Shown one piece after another: positions 38,040 through 50,887 of a stretch of DNA of 64,000 nucleotides. Made by a program: the position numbers and the translations under genes. Below the pieces are notes generated by a model. The model made no database searches. It saw nothing but the letters and a program-made list of their open reading frames with translations, and was not told the DNA's origin. The stretch covers positions 80,848,001 to 80,912,000 of the forward strand of contig CM060732.1 in NCBI GenBank assembly GCA_030704615.1, in the 5' to 3' direction. The DNA comes from Takakia lepidozioides (lineage: Eukaryota > Plantae > Bryophyta). Positions within the stretch are counted from its first letter, which is position 1; each line of letters begins with the position of its first letter.

Positions 38040-40348
38040 ATGGAGCCCAATATTTTCGATGAACTAGAAAGGGAAGTTGTTCCTGACAGCAATGTTGATA
38101 ATGAGAGAGCTTTGGTGGAGTGCCATGTTGCGGAGGATGCTCATCATGAAGCCTCATTTACATCAGCTCATCAAGCCTCGGCTGCAATGTCATCTTCCAC
38201 AGTTTCGCCATCACACACGGTGTTGGATGTGGAGGCGCAGCTCCTAGTACTTGAAAAACAACGGGATTTTTGGAAGCCCCACAATCGCACTGCTTCGACA
38301 TGGGCATTCTATGCAACAAAAGACTCTGCTCCAGTGGACATAACAAATCCACAACAAATGAGGTGTGTTCTATGTCATCCTGTTGGTGTCACTCCTGCAA
38401 GCAAGAAGGGCATTGTGACCTATAATAAAACCAATGGTATCTCTGCCCTTCAAAAGCATGTGGATCAAGAACATGACATTGTTTTGCGTAGGTGGATTGA
38501 GAGGGAAAATGAAGGACCTGAGAAGGCCCATAGGCCAGCAAAAAAGAGACCCGGCCCCACTCCTGGAAACATAGCTTCTTTTTTTGGGAGCTCCACTCCA
38601 TACAACCAAAATGATGATCAACAGAAGCAGTTCAATGAGGATTTAGTCTTATTCATTGCAAAGGAGTTGGTTCCACTGTCTTTGGTAGAATCCCTTTGGC
38701 TAAGAAGGATGGTGTTGAGACAAAATCCTCGGATTGTTTTCCCTTCTCGACGGACATTTGTGAATGAGGCCATTCCAATCTTGGCAGAGAAGACGAAAGA
38801 GCGCTACATGTCCCCATCTCTTCAGAGTTGTGCTACTTGCTCCGTGAGTTTTGATTTGTGGATGTCAAGAGGGGGAACTGACACTTTTGTCATCATAGCG
38901 CACTCTTGGCATGTTTGAGACACCTGACACATCTGGGGCTGCCATGGCACATCAAGTCAACAATCTTCTTGTGAAGTATGGCCTCAATACTCGCATTATT
39001 GCTTACGTCAAAGATGAGAGAGGTAACTTGGCCACTTTGATGCTTTGAATTCGGTGGTCTCATGTGCGTGTTTGGGGTTGGATTCTCCATTTGTGGGTAG
39101 CTGTTTTGGGCATGCAATGTCCAAGTGTTGCCAGTATGCAACAAATGATGCAAAAGTATGCGCAGATATGAGATCGGTTTCTATAAAAAATGCCCAATCA
39201 GAGTTGCAAAAAACCATTACTTGGACCAAAAAAAGTGGCAAAGGGAGACAAGAATGGGCAAAGGCATGTGTGGACAGCGGCATTCATCCCCGCAAACTGA
39301 AGACTCCGGTGAAGACACGGTTTGCTTCCAATGTGATCCTCTTCCAAGAGACTTTGGAGTTTAGGCAAGCCATAATCACTTGTTACTCTAGGCAAACCTC
39401 ATTGGAACTGCAGTCTCGCATACCAAGTCCACAAGTGTGGGCCATTGCCCAATCAATTCTACAGTTCTAGGGCCTGTGGTTCATGAGTGCATTATGAATC
39501 AATCTGGGGGATTTTGGTTGTTGTCCGATGCTCTTAATGCAGCCATTGCCACAACAATTCGCATGCGAGGAAGTAGTGCTGGGGGGGCTGCAACTGTGGA
39601 TCATTGCATGGGGGATTTCTCAACAGAGTTGACATTGTTGGAATGGCGGATGGCTCGAGAGGTGGTATATGTCTTGGAACCATTTCTTTCTTTTTTGGAA
39701 GGGTTTCAATCGCGCAAAGCTCACAATATGCTCGCGCTTATGCTTGACCCACGTTACAAGGGGTTGTCATTGGTATCACAATATGTGGGCAAAGAGCGTG
39801 CTTTGCATATTGTGTTCCAATATGATAGTATGGTGTTAGAGCCTCTTTTGGTAAAGTGTTTCAAGGTCTTACATCCGGATACTCCGGCCCAATCACAGCC
39901 CACTTCTACAATGGACGAGATGTCCTTATTTGGTGTGCATGACCACAATGAAGACATGACATTGACAGTGGTGAGAGAACAACTATCACATTTCAGAAGG
40001 ACGAAGATAAATGAGGGTGAGTGCGTGGCTCCTTTGAAATGGTGGAAAGAACACAAGTCTCTCTTTCCGTATGTGGGATTTTTGGCACGGCTAATTTTGG
40101 GCATAGTTGGATCTCAGATTGAAGCTGAGAGGGTTTTTAGTATTGCAGGTGTCATAACAAACTTGAGACGGTGCAGGTTAAATATTGAAAACCTTGATAT
40201 GCTTGTGAGTGTAGTCAAGAATTGGCCAAATGATGCTAGAGTTGGTTGCTTTAGTACTTCCATGAAAGAGTTTTTGGATAGGGAAGAAGTCCTCTTAGAT
40301 GAGAATGAGGACTTGATTGCAGAGGCAAACCTCTTTGAGGTAGACTGA
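38040..40348 (+). pseudogene. hAT transposase, frameshifted
   Basis: BED-like finger (WAFY..RCVLCH..LQKHVDQEH), SFDLWMS (first catalytic D), AYVKDE (second D), CFGH (CxxH), KTRF, and LKWWK..FPYVGFLARLILGIVGSQIEAERVFS (catalytic E / dimerisation domain). Frameshifts near 38910, 39040 and 39460. Confidence 0.92.
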
Positions 40349-41258
40349 TTTGTCTTAGAGACAAATTATTGTTCAACATATTACACTATACTCCTTTGAT
40401 TGGAGTTTGTTTATTTGTCATTTTTATTGAAAATTTCAGTGACATCCCGTGTACTTAGTTTGTTATATGCTATATTGACAAAGCATCATCCAAAAAACAC
40501 AAATTTATGTAGTTTTTTTTAGTTGTGCTTTTGCTGCACCATAAAAGATAACCATAGAATTACACATGTTTAATTTGTTTTGTATTTTGAATTAAGATCC
40601 TTATGTAGTTAGTTTGTTTTAGTTGTTCTTTGCTACACCGTACGACAACTTATAAAATCTATGGTTTTCCGTTTTTAATGGAGACCATGCATATATAACT
40701 AGTTATATATACCATAAAAGACAATCACAAAAAACATATAAGTTTATTTACTTCTGTTTTACTAATAAATTCCCTGGTTTTAGTTGAAAATTCTCAGTAC
40801 GACCAATCAGATCAGTTCATCTAATTTTCCAGAAGAATAAAAAATTAAAATAATTTAATATATTTAAAAAAAAGAACCGAAACCTAACCGGAACCGGTGT
40901 TTTTTTTCCAGCAACTAACCGGTAACCGGAACCGCCCCCATGTTAAAAAGTCGGAACCTGAACCGGTCCGGAACCGCCTTAATAAAAAATAACCGGATCC
41001 GGATCCGGAACCGTCTCTTCAAAAATTTGTGGAACCGGAACCGAAGGTTCCTTCACAAAGGCAAGAACCGCCCAACACTGGTCATAACCAACTTTCTTAT
41101 TAAGTGACGGTGAATCCCACTGCAAGAATATTTATTTGGAATTATTAGAGGGAAAATAATTAAAACCCCCGGACCAACCACTAGGCACATACACTAATGA
41201 GTAATCAGTGAAAAGAGAACCAAGTCCCCTCACAAGTGAGTAATCGGTGAAAAGAGAG

Positions 41259-41600
41259 CCAAGTCCCCTCCGTGAGGGCAAACAATCGAGTAATGAACCA
41301 CGACTGGGCTAAGCCCTAAGGGAAACGCGGCAGACCTTTAAGTCCAGAAAACCTTCATGAAACCAAAACAACCAAGACCCCTCAATGAGGGCAAACAATC
41401 GAGGACTGAACCAAGACTGGGCTAAGTCCTGAGGGGAACGCGGCAGACCTTTAAGTTCAGAAAACCTTCATGAAACCAAAACAACCAAGACCCCTCAGTG
41501 AGGGCAAACAACCGAGGAATGAACCAAGACTGGGCTAAGTCCTAAGGGGAACGCGGCAGACCTTTAAGTTCAGAAAACCTTCATGAAACCAAAACAAGAC
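41259..41600. repeat. Tandem repeat, 3 x ~113 bp (preceded by 2 x ~39 bp)
   Basis: Units start at 41259, 41372 and 41485 (ccaag.cccctc..tgagggcaaacaa.cgag...gcggcagacctttaagt.cagaaaaccttcatgaaaccaaaacaa). Confidence 0.9.
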
Positions 41601-41799
41601 TATGAGTGCGTAAAGTACTACAGCTGACTTGTGACGAGGACACTAATCACGATAGAAAGTTGAGCCTGGACCTTGGAGGATTGCTTGACGTGTCTCCAGT
41701 TTATTTCCCTGTCAAACTGAGGGGAGGCGGTGGATGGGCGCACGCAAGGCTTGTTTTAGACCTCCGCATCCTTTCTTTTTCGCAGGAATATCAAAACCT

Positions 41800-43200
41800 T
41801 AATTCCTTCTAGCCTGTAGAACAATCCACAATGCTCAAGTTAGATCCATTCTCCAATCTAGGAATTCTAAAGAAAGGCTAACAGCTAATTATAGAGCAAA
41901 CCGAGTGGGCAAATCTAGTGAATGAGAGTCTCCATTGATCAAAAATTCCAAAGTAGACCTGTAGCGAATGTGTGCCACGCCAGGTTATCATGCTAGGACA
42001 TCATCCAGGGCAATGGAATCAAGTAATGTGGCCAGGTTGCAGTTTACTAGTTAAGAGACATGCTCAACAATGTCGTAGAGTTCATAAGATGGGTACCGTA
42101 GTGATTGTAAGTGAAAGTACATGCTGTTCACGATGGGAAGATCATCTCTATAGAACTTGGAGCATGCTGGGCTGTAGCAAATAGAGGACATTTTGGGGGT
42201 TACAGAGGCTCGTTTGTGCCACAGAAATTTGCACCCGGACTCTTGCATAATATATGAATTCGGAGCTCAGAGAGGGGGTTGTTGCCAGGACGGCCTGAGC
42301 ATACATAGCCAACTTATTTTTCACTCGAACAGGGTTTACGGTGGTGCACAGTGCATGCCGTGGAGCGGGAGATTTTTGTAGGAGTTGTTGATTGTCAAAC
42401 CCTCACAACAGGTCTTCTGCAGCAACCGACAGAGTCGTCTGCGACCCCTTCCAACCAATTAGAAGGTCGACATGTTGGCCACTCAAGTGATACATGCAGT
42501 AAGTGTCCCATCAATGTGAGGCAACTATATATGAAGTCCTGGGCACCACACTTTAGAGGCTAGTATGCACAAAATATTCTTTCAGCCTCGGAAGTGTTTT
42601 CTTAACTCAATGTTCATAGTATCTGATTTAAAGAAGGCCTTCTGAATTGCAGAACAATCCAAATCATCCCTAGGCAATTCAATGAGAAGCTGTTTGCAAT
42701 GTTAACATGCTACGCATCGACCTTCTAGCTCTATCTAGATAGATCCTTGTTTCGTACTGAATGTCAGGTTGGACGATAAATTGGATAATTAGCCACAAAG
42801 AAAGGTAACGAGGTAGCAAAATCATGGGCACCACATTGAGTCTGCAATTTGCAGGTCTGGACATGATCCTGCATAGTCTGTAGTTGGATCTTTGGGGATC
42901 TTTAACGACTTGCTTCTCCGGAGTAGACTTGCAACCTTTTTATCTCCCCAGGGAAGATTGACTCCAGAACGCGGGCGTATGATGTGCAGAACAGATTGTG
43001 ATCACAATCTCATGATCTTGTTCAAATGAAATACCTCACTACATGTATGCACTTTGAGTCAAGATTGCACTCTGACCTGATCTTCTCTGACAGACTGATG
43101 ATGCCAGAGCTGCGTGCATATATTCTTGAAAGGTGAAGTCGATAGCTCCAGCAGCATTCATATACCGAGAGTTTTGGCCTCAAAGCGCAAGGCCTGGTTC
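41800..43200 (-). mobile_element. Possible highly degraded LINE ORF2 3' remnant
   Basis: A frameshifted CKFCGTNE..HVLY-like zinc knuckle near 42150-42240 on the minus strand; the rest is unreadable. Confidence 0.3.
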
Positions 43201-44660
43201 GCAGGAGGGGCATACGATATCCCCTGCAGACATCTTTCAAAGGGAGAGAGAGAGCGTGGGAACCATAACAGTAGCCATCACCACGCTCTTTGCACTGCAG
43301 TGGTCCCTATTCGTGGCCTTGGAACTCCTCGCTCACGCAAATTGTAATTTAATCATTGTCTGTAGCCGGAGATGGCTACCTAGGTTAAAGCCTCTCTTTG
43401 TGAGGCCGCACTTTAGCATCCTACTATATGTAAATTATGGTTTCTAGCACAGATCTTCAGTGCGTAAGGATCTTGTGCTCGCACTTCAAGAAATGCGTCC
43501 TACACGCCCCCATCGCGTACGAATCTCGTACAAACCAGCGATTGTAGCCCGAATCAAAGGCGGGGCCCACACTCTTCTCGTTTCCTCTGAGAGCACGGGC
43601 GTTCTACATTGCTTGACTTGACTCCTGACAATCTATCCTATCCCTGCGTAACGTGCTGGCCCCGATCCGCATGGGAGGATTGTAAGGCAGGAGAGTCGAG
43701 GGTCAAGACAAAAGCATGCGTGGATTCTCGGTGGAAGGCAGTGTAGAGGTTGTGAGAGATACATAGCGGAATACGACAGAAAATAGCAATTGCTATCTTA
43801 GGCACTTATCCTGAAGGGAAGGATATGTACGAGTAGAAAGACGCCACCTGGGAAGGAAAGCGATGGAAGCCTTTCTTTCTTGTATATCGCTTTCATTGTT
43901 TCTCAGGAGTTGTCAGATTAGACTGCGGAATCATTGTGTTGGCGAATTCACTTGCGAGAGCTAATGGCAAGCTCTGCTACTCTGTCTCCCCTGTATTTTA
44001 TTTTGTTCCTACAAGAAAATTTCACTCTACAGTGTCTTCGCTGCTCTTTTCTCGTTTTGCACCCGCCTGCACAACTGTTTGCTTGTAAAGCTGTATGTTC
44101 TCGAGATCCCCTGTTGTGTTTTACCAAGTATGAATCTCCTGATGACACATTCCTGTGACAGTGGGCCCGGGCCACTTTTACTGACAAGGTTTTCTCTGTT
44201 TTGGTATCGGATTCTTGTTCTAGGCCTTGTTTGGTGCCATTGCTTGTTTCTGATGCTGGAGATTTAATAATTGTGGAATACGCTCTGACGCCAATGCTTC
44301 GTTCTCTTCGTCTTTGTTCCAAACTTTCACGTGTACACTCGCACTCTGCAGCTATCCTTGCTGTCTTATTCGGTTGCTTCTCAAAGGATTTGTGAGTGCG
44401 TTCGTGTGTAATAACTCGTTGCAATCTTTCTGTCTCTTTCTGTGTGCAGTCATAGTGTGTTTTACATCCTTCTAAGTTCTTTCCGGCCTCGATATATCTG
44501 TGCTGTATTTCTGTGTGTTTGGTGTGATCTATCCTCCCTTTCGTGGTATAATAGTGTCTGTTGTAATTCGGTAGCTCTTGGTCTCATGGTAAATTACACG
44601 GTGGATTGCAGGTTGGATGGTGAAAGCACAGGGTTGTTCTTCTTCGCCGTCTGAGGCAAA

Positions 44661-47600
44661 ATGTATGTGGATGAATTGACCAGAACAGGCGTCTTACGAG
44701 CTCGTGGTCTGCTCAATGGAGCTCGTGGCTATGGTTGCAGCTCCAATGGTATTAAGGAAGCTCGGCGCAGCCGATTCTACGTAGGAAAGGCTGAGGCAGA
44801 GGGCCCCCACCAGCGCACCCATGGCATCCACGTCTTCCAATGTTCGGTAAGAAGTCCAACCTGTGGTGGTTTCCTTTACAATTACCTCGCAATCTCACGT
44901 TTGTAGTCGAACTTACTATCTAGAGTACAGCTTTTTCTCACGAATGTGAAAGCGGACTCTTGGCATTTCGATACTGAGGTTGTCACTCAACCTTGGCAAA
45001 AAAATTTAGATGGGATCCTACAGCCAGCACACGACGTCATCTATTTGTTTAATGGCGAAGCACGACTCCAATTTTTCCTCTTTGCATTTCACTATAGCAG
45101 ATTCCTTGTCTTCTAAATTGGTCGCCTTCTCTCCTTACTTTACCACGTCGGTCTCCTTCTGGCACCTACAAAGCTGCGCCCCCACCCCAAAACCCACTCC
45201 CTCACTGTGATATCCATCTTAACTGTCCCTGGGTCACCTTGCTTCTATTTCTCTATTAATGTACCAAGCACTCACCTTACTTGTTTGAACACCAACTTGT
45301 AGTGATGCAACAACCATAAAAGCTTCAAATATGTAATAATTAGAGATGTGGGGACAGCTTAGCCAAGAACGTTCAGAACAAGGTCTCAAGGGAACTGTGT
45401 CAGTAGTGATACGGTTTGTGTAATATTACATCTGGATCTGTATCTGTATCTGTTGTAAAGTCCTGTTGGTAATTTCTTCTGGAAGAGGATAATGGAGAAT
45501 CTCTACAGCAGAATGACATGAATTCGGGGTAACGTTTGCAGGATCAGCTGGGCATTGTTGCAAGAATATCAAAGTGCATTGCATCTCGGGGTGCAAATAT
45601 CCTCAATGTCGATCTCTACATTGATTTTGATGGAGGAAAAATCCCTGTGTTTTATGCACGAAGGTAAGGCCCACTAGGCTATACAACTCTTCTCTGTCTC
45701 ATAACATCTATTATCCTTCATGTCTCGCATGTACCTCTCATCTGCATCTGAAGGAGGAGTCAGCCGTCATCAGTGACGTATTAGAGAATTCGACCTGTGA
45801 TGCACTTGAACAGGTTTCGTAGTAACACTCAACTGCAAGTTCTCTTCTGTCCTCACAATCCTGTGTCTCTCAAGCCCCACCTAGCTCTGGGAGGGTTAGT
45901 TTTCCACGGGGGCTGCTGACATCTAAAGGAAGGGCCATGTGCGGCTAGGATCTGCCGAGTATGTACCACCCAAGAAGTAGAGACATAGTATCATTGTGTT
46001 TCTCCTGGTCAAATCAGTACTACTTTTCTACTGATGCCATGCCTTGGGATTAGCAGCGTCAAGGACCAGAAGTGATTGGCAGCTTACCTGCATGAGGCAC
46101 TCGGTCTCTAAACTACATTTTATTTTATTTTTTGGTCGTCGCTTGTTATTCTATGTTGTTCCATTAGCCCTCCAGGGTCCTGCTGGAGCAATAGCTTTCG
46201 CTTACTTTTAGACTATCCCTTGATCACTAGTTGTTTTTCGGCTGCTTGTTGAGGGCCCCACTCTCTTCTTGTTCCATGTGTTCTCGTTCCACAAGCTCTG
46301 TGAGCTTTCTGCGGACGCTATAAAGTATCATTTCATTTCAACTCTTTGCAGTGGAAGTAAATGAATTTCTTTCTCTAGCTCTCTCTCTCTCTCTCTCTCC
46401 AGAAGGCTCCGGCCAACAACGTGTGAGTAAATTCTCTTATCTCTCTCTCTCTCTAACAAAGTTAGGCATAAAACTTCCCTGAACTTGTTTCCAGTTTATG
46501 ACAGGGGTGAGGACCTTAAGGATGATCTGAAGGGCCTACCTACCATTGGCACAAGACTCAGGGCAGGGAGTCATCTTGGAATTAAAAACAGATGCGGACA
46601 GGAAAGGGAGATTGTCAGTGCCTGATGTGCAAAAGACAATATCCATTTTCTGATACAATGTCCGAGGTGTTCTCATCAGAGAGCAACCCTCTTCAGGACC
46701 ATCAAGAACATAGTCCCTGCACCTCTGTTCACCAACTTTCAAAATCTCGAGGCTGAGCCTAAAGCCCTGGCCCTGTTGTGGTCTAATTGCTGGGCAGCTC
46801 ACACACAGCAGATTGATGCTTGTGTGAAGGGCTTTCTAGAGGAAATCTGCAAAGCCTGAACTAAATGTATTCCAAGGTGTGTCCCACTACTGGTGTGAAC
46901 CCGTAGTGTCCGTTCCCTCTTGTTCCACCCAAACTGGGCGCGGGGTCTGTGGCCACAACCCTACGGCAAACAACGTATGAGTACATTCTCTGTCTCTCCA
47001 GTTCCATGCTTAGATTGTACATCTTGTAGGATTGAGAGTGCGAAGGATACGGCATTAGGCAGTGCATTGCCTTTTTACAAGTCCTCTCTATTTATTGTCC
47101 CTCTCTTATTCTATTAAGGAAACATTCTCACATCAGTAGCCAGTGAGTTTGCATTTGACCCTGTGCAGTGGCCACGTGCGGTTATGGATGATGACTTTGC
47201 TCAGCTTTCCAGCTTCTTTAAGGCTGAGAAGTCCATTGTGCGGGTATTGGGCGTTGATTCTGACCTGAAGATGGCCGTGCTTGCATCCTGGCAGGTATGC
47301 TGGACAGGCAAAGAGAGAGAAAAATGTTGTTGAATGTTGGCCCTGACTTTTCATAGTTCCTGCAGGACGAACCCCTCAAGGTACTAGTAGTACCTTCATT
47401 GAGTCTCACAATAAGTTAGGCAGGAGAACAGGAAATAATGATCTGTCCCTACTTCTTTCATGGTGCAATCTGGCAGATCCCATTCTCTTGGGTGTATTAC
47501 TCCATCCATTTGTCTCGACGTTGAGATCGTGCAAGCTGATTCTGAGGGAAACGTGGTGGACAAGTAGTGTAGCATCAGATGTGGTTGCCTTTAAACTGGA

Positions 47601-49473
47601 GAGAGAGATAGCAGACAAGACTGAATGAGCATTAAGGAGAAACAACACAGACCATCAAGCTTCTGGTCTTGACTATAATATGATATTCAGGACCATTGCT
47701 TGGTGGACTTACTGCATCGGTGGCAAGAAGGCGAGCTTCCTGTTGATATAAAATGCATCATCAGGTGACTTTCCCTTTCTTACACTTCTGATTTGTTGCA
47801 ACTCACTAGGGTGACCTTGGTGGAAGGAGTGGCCTCCATTCTACTCACTTTGGCCCCCCTACTCCATTTCTCTCTACCCTGTCCAACTCAAGCTTTGGTC
47901 CAAGAGCCACGGTTTACAGCAAGCAAGCAGTCCATTTTCCAAAAAACCAGCCATTATCTTAGAACAAGTTCTTAGAATGCCGATGTCCAGTCAGAACAGT
48001 GCCTGGACATTTCTTTCACTGCTAGATAAAATCAGCCCAGTTAATCAGCAAGGAGGGGAAAAGTGAAGAGATACTTGTCAACCTGAAATGAATGCGTACT
48101 GCTGTTAGTTGTTGGATGCCATGAGAGGGTATCTTGTCTTTTCTAGGCACAATAGCCTGCTTTGCTGTTGGCATGACGCTTGGAAATTTCTCCATTGTTA
48201 CTGATTTGGGACAATGGGTTGCAGCAATCATAATCGGGGCCCAAACACTCATGTTATGCGGTTTCTGGAGAGGCATGCTATCCCCTACCACTATCTGCCC
48301 ACCAACAAAGACAATAAGCGTGAAGCTGAGATCCTTGATCTCATCTCCGAAACCAATTTTCTGGTGCTTGCCCGCTACATGCAGGTATTGTGTCTGCCTC
48401 TTTTATTTTGGTTGTTACCAGGAAACATGCCCAAGTTTATGGGCATGGGTTTTTCTAAATGGTTTTGGCCTGAACTAATCTCACCTCATGTGAAAGTTGT
48501 GCTGACGCAATGGTGCTTGAAGAGGGCTTGAAGCAGCACTTTGACTCTCTTTACCTGTGGGGTGATTGCGGCACAGGTGTTGTCACCTGAATTCCTTAGA
48601 AGCTATAAAAGAGATATCATTAACATCCATCATGGGCTCTTACCCTCATTCAAAGGATCAAATCCATACAAACAGGTATTGCGCAGAAACTCCCAAAAAC
48701 TTGACCTCCCACTTAGTACTAGAAAGGGCTTGTTGGCAATTCATGAATATTTCACATCTGTGAAGTATATTGAAGACCCAGGGCATTGATGGAAGAAGCA
48801 TTTATCTTGTCATCTGCCTAAGTATACATGTGAGGTAGCAACCTTGACGACAGTTAGGGGACATGTCAATTGAAAGAAAAGGCTGAAAGTAGTTCTAGTG
48901 GTACTGCCCAATGAGCTTTGGCAGAAAAGCTATTCTGCACCAATCGGGTTGTAAAGATCTGTTATAGAGCAGGTTTCCAATCTAATGAGCTTGTGAGCGA
49001 CAAGTTAAATGAAGTTACCATGACTATGCTACATTGCAGGCGTACCAAGCTGGGGTGAAATTGATTGGTGCCACCAGCCATTTTGTTACTGAGGAACTCG
49101 ATGATGGTCCTATCATTGAGCAAATGGTAGGTTTCCCTGGCTTCCTTACAAAAATATAATCTCCTCCAAAAAATAGAATCTCCAAAAATAATAATCAAAG
49201 GGTAGTTGTTGGATAGCTCACTTGGCCACTTGAACGGCGCATTCCTGGTTTTTTCTTTTTATGCTTATTTACATAAGCTGGATGCGAAAAGATTATTGAC
49301 TAGCTCTTGCTTGTGCGGGTCAGGTGGACCGGATTACTCACAGGGACAGTCTAGGTGTGTTTGCAACAAGATCTGAGAATCTCGAAAAGCAGTGCCTAGC
49401 CAAGGCCATCAAGTATTACTGTGAGCAACGCATTCTTCGATACAGCACCAACAAAACCATTGTTTTTGCCTAG
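44661..49473 (+). CDS. PURU: Formyltetrahydrofolate deformylase (PurU), with an N-terminal organellar targeting extension; 8 exons
   Basis: Exons 44661-44846, 45542-45663, 47144-47294, 47691-47764, 48225-48384, 48577-48675, 49040-49126, 49324-49473. Motifs GIHVFQC.D..GIVA (ACT domain), [62 protein letters not shown]. Confidence 0.95.
45820..46345 (+). mobile_element. Family-A LINE 3' fragment in PURU intron 2
   Basis: [16 protein letters not shown] zinc-knuckle remnant followed by the family-A 3' UTR and an atttcatttca tail. Confidence 0.7.
46455..47130 (+). mobile_element. 5'-truncated copy of the family-B LINE, directly after (CT)7
   Basis: aagttaggca.aaaacttccctgaacttgtttccagt...ttcaccaactttcaaaatctcgaggctgagcc aligns with ~63678-64000. 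Confidence 0.88.
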
Positions 49474-50887
49474 TAATAGTTTCTGTACAGCAAAGGGGCT
49501 TTTTGTATAAAATAGCAGTCATTGAATTGAAACACTCTTTGTATGGACACCGAAGACAAAGAAAGGAGCTTCATAGCACCCATGAAAGCTGAAAGAGCTT
49601 ATTAAGACAGTAAAAGGGTCACAAACAAAACCATTGTCCTTTCCAAGTAACCTGCTAATTAGGAATGTGGTTCTCAAAAAAGCTAGGTGCCTCTGCCAGT
49701 GATTTAAAGTTTCCAAAGAGAGGAATCTCATAATACAGAAGACATCCCTGTGTAGAATTTCCTGCTGTGAAGGGGCCAAGAAGGTGGGGGGGGGTGACTG
49801 AGCAGCTGCTAACTCCCATGTTCTCAAGACAGCTTATGTGCAGGCCCACTTGGCAGCTCTCTCTTGCATATTGTTAACCATCATGCAAACTCTCAGTTTG
49901 ATTGAATGCTACGAGTTCCCAGAAAAGGAGACGAACATGGCTGGGACATCTTCAAGGAGAACAGAACCCTGATGAGGGTTTTGGCTGTCTGCTTCGGACT
50001 TCATGGAGACACGACGAAGGCACAAGAGGCATCTAGAAAACAAATTTGGACATACAAGTTACATCAATGAGAGCCGCGAATCATATCTAGGTAAGACAAT
50101 CGAAGATAGCTGACGTGGCTTCCCTACGTACGCTATGTTTCTCTCTCTCTCTCCACAGGCATCAGTACCGTCGCATACCCGAATAACAATGCAGCTCTGT
50201 GGTAGTAAGAGCCCAAGTGGGGATATCGCAGGCGGAGAAGCTCATATCCAATTTGGTTTGCTTGAGGGGGCCGCGCGAACGCGAGCCCCCGCTGCCACAA
50301 ATTACGACGTGCATGCCCCCCGTAGGGAGATGCTAGGATTGCCCGCCCCGGAGTGCAATGGGGCAGACTCTCCTAGGCCATCGACCTTGCTGATCACCGA
50401 TAGACCCCGCCCAGGTAAGTATGGAAGTCAGTCCAGCCAGCTAGCTTATATACCGAAACTTTAGCCAGTTTCGGGCAATGGATATGGGATAATTCGATCC
50501 ACCCCACATTGCAACTCCCTTCGCAATATTTTCATTGACTACAAATGGAGAAAGTACCTAAAACCCTGTTGGCTACTGGTTTCATTCATCGGTACGAGGA
50601 AGTGGCAGTCATCCATCGGCACCCTGCCGGGTGGTGGATGACAAACTGTGTAACGAATGCAACACTGTGTCATTCGCAGGAGAGGGGGGGAGTGCGGGAG
50701 CGAAGGAAAGGGTGGTGTGTGTCGGAGGGAGGGCAAGAGCGATCTTGTGTGGGCAGCAAGCATCCTTTGAGATGGAGCAGAAGGGCCCGGGATGGCAAGC
50801 TTGGTTGGATGAGGGCTATGTTCTCGCGATGTGAGACGCTTCTTTTCGTGTAATTTAGTGCAGTGGTGCTGGAGAAGGGAGGTGGCA

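Larger units (their letters stand above)
32809..41085 (+). mobile_element. Decayed hAT-superfamily DNA transposon (~8.3 kb) with captured host DNA
   Basis: Dense GAACCG/CGGTTC subterminal repeats at both ends (~32850-33020 and ~40875-41070), right end ...cccaacactg (CAGTGTTGGG reversed, hAT-like) and an internal hAT transposase. The left TIR and TSD are not cleanly resolved. Confidence 0.8.

Noticed and set aside
32809-41094. ACCAACTT at 32809 and 41087 as the 8-bp hAT TSD
   Set aside because: The sequences it would enclose do not form terminal inverted repeats, so it cannot be accepted without sister copies.
41197-41600. Regularly spaced repeats as a CRISPR array
   Set aside because: The units are contiguous ~113-bp near-identical copies with no unique spacers; the context is eukaryotic and there are no cas genes.
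50440-50475. Helitron 3' end (hairpin + CTAG on the minus strand)
   Set aside because: CTAG is not followed by T and no 5' TC end or second copy was found.
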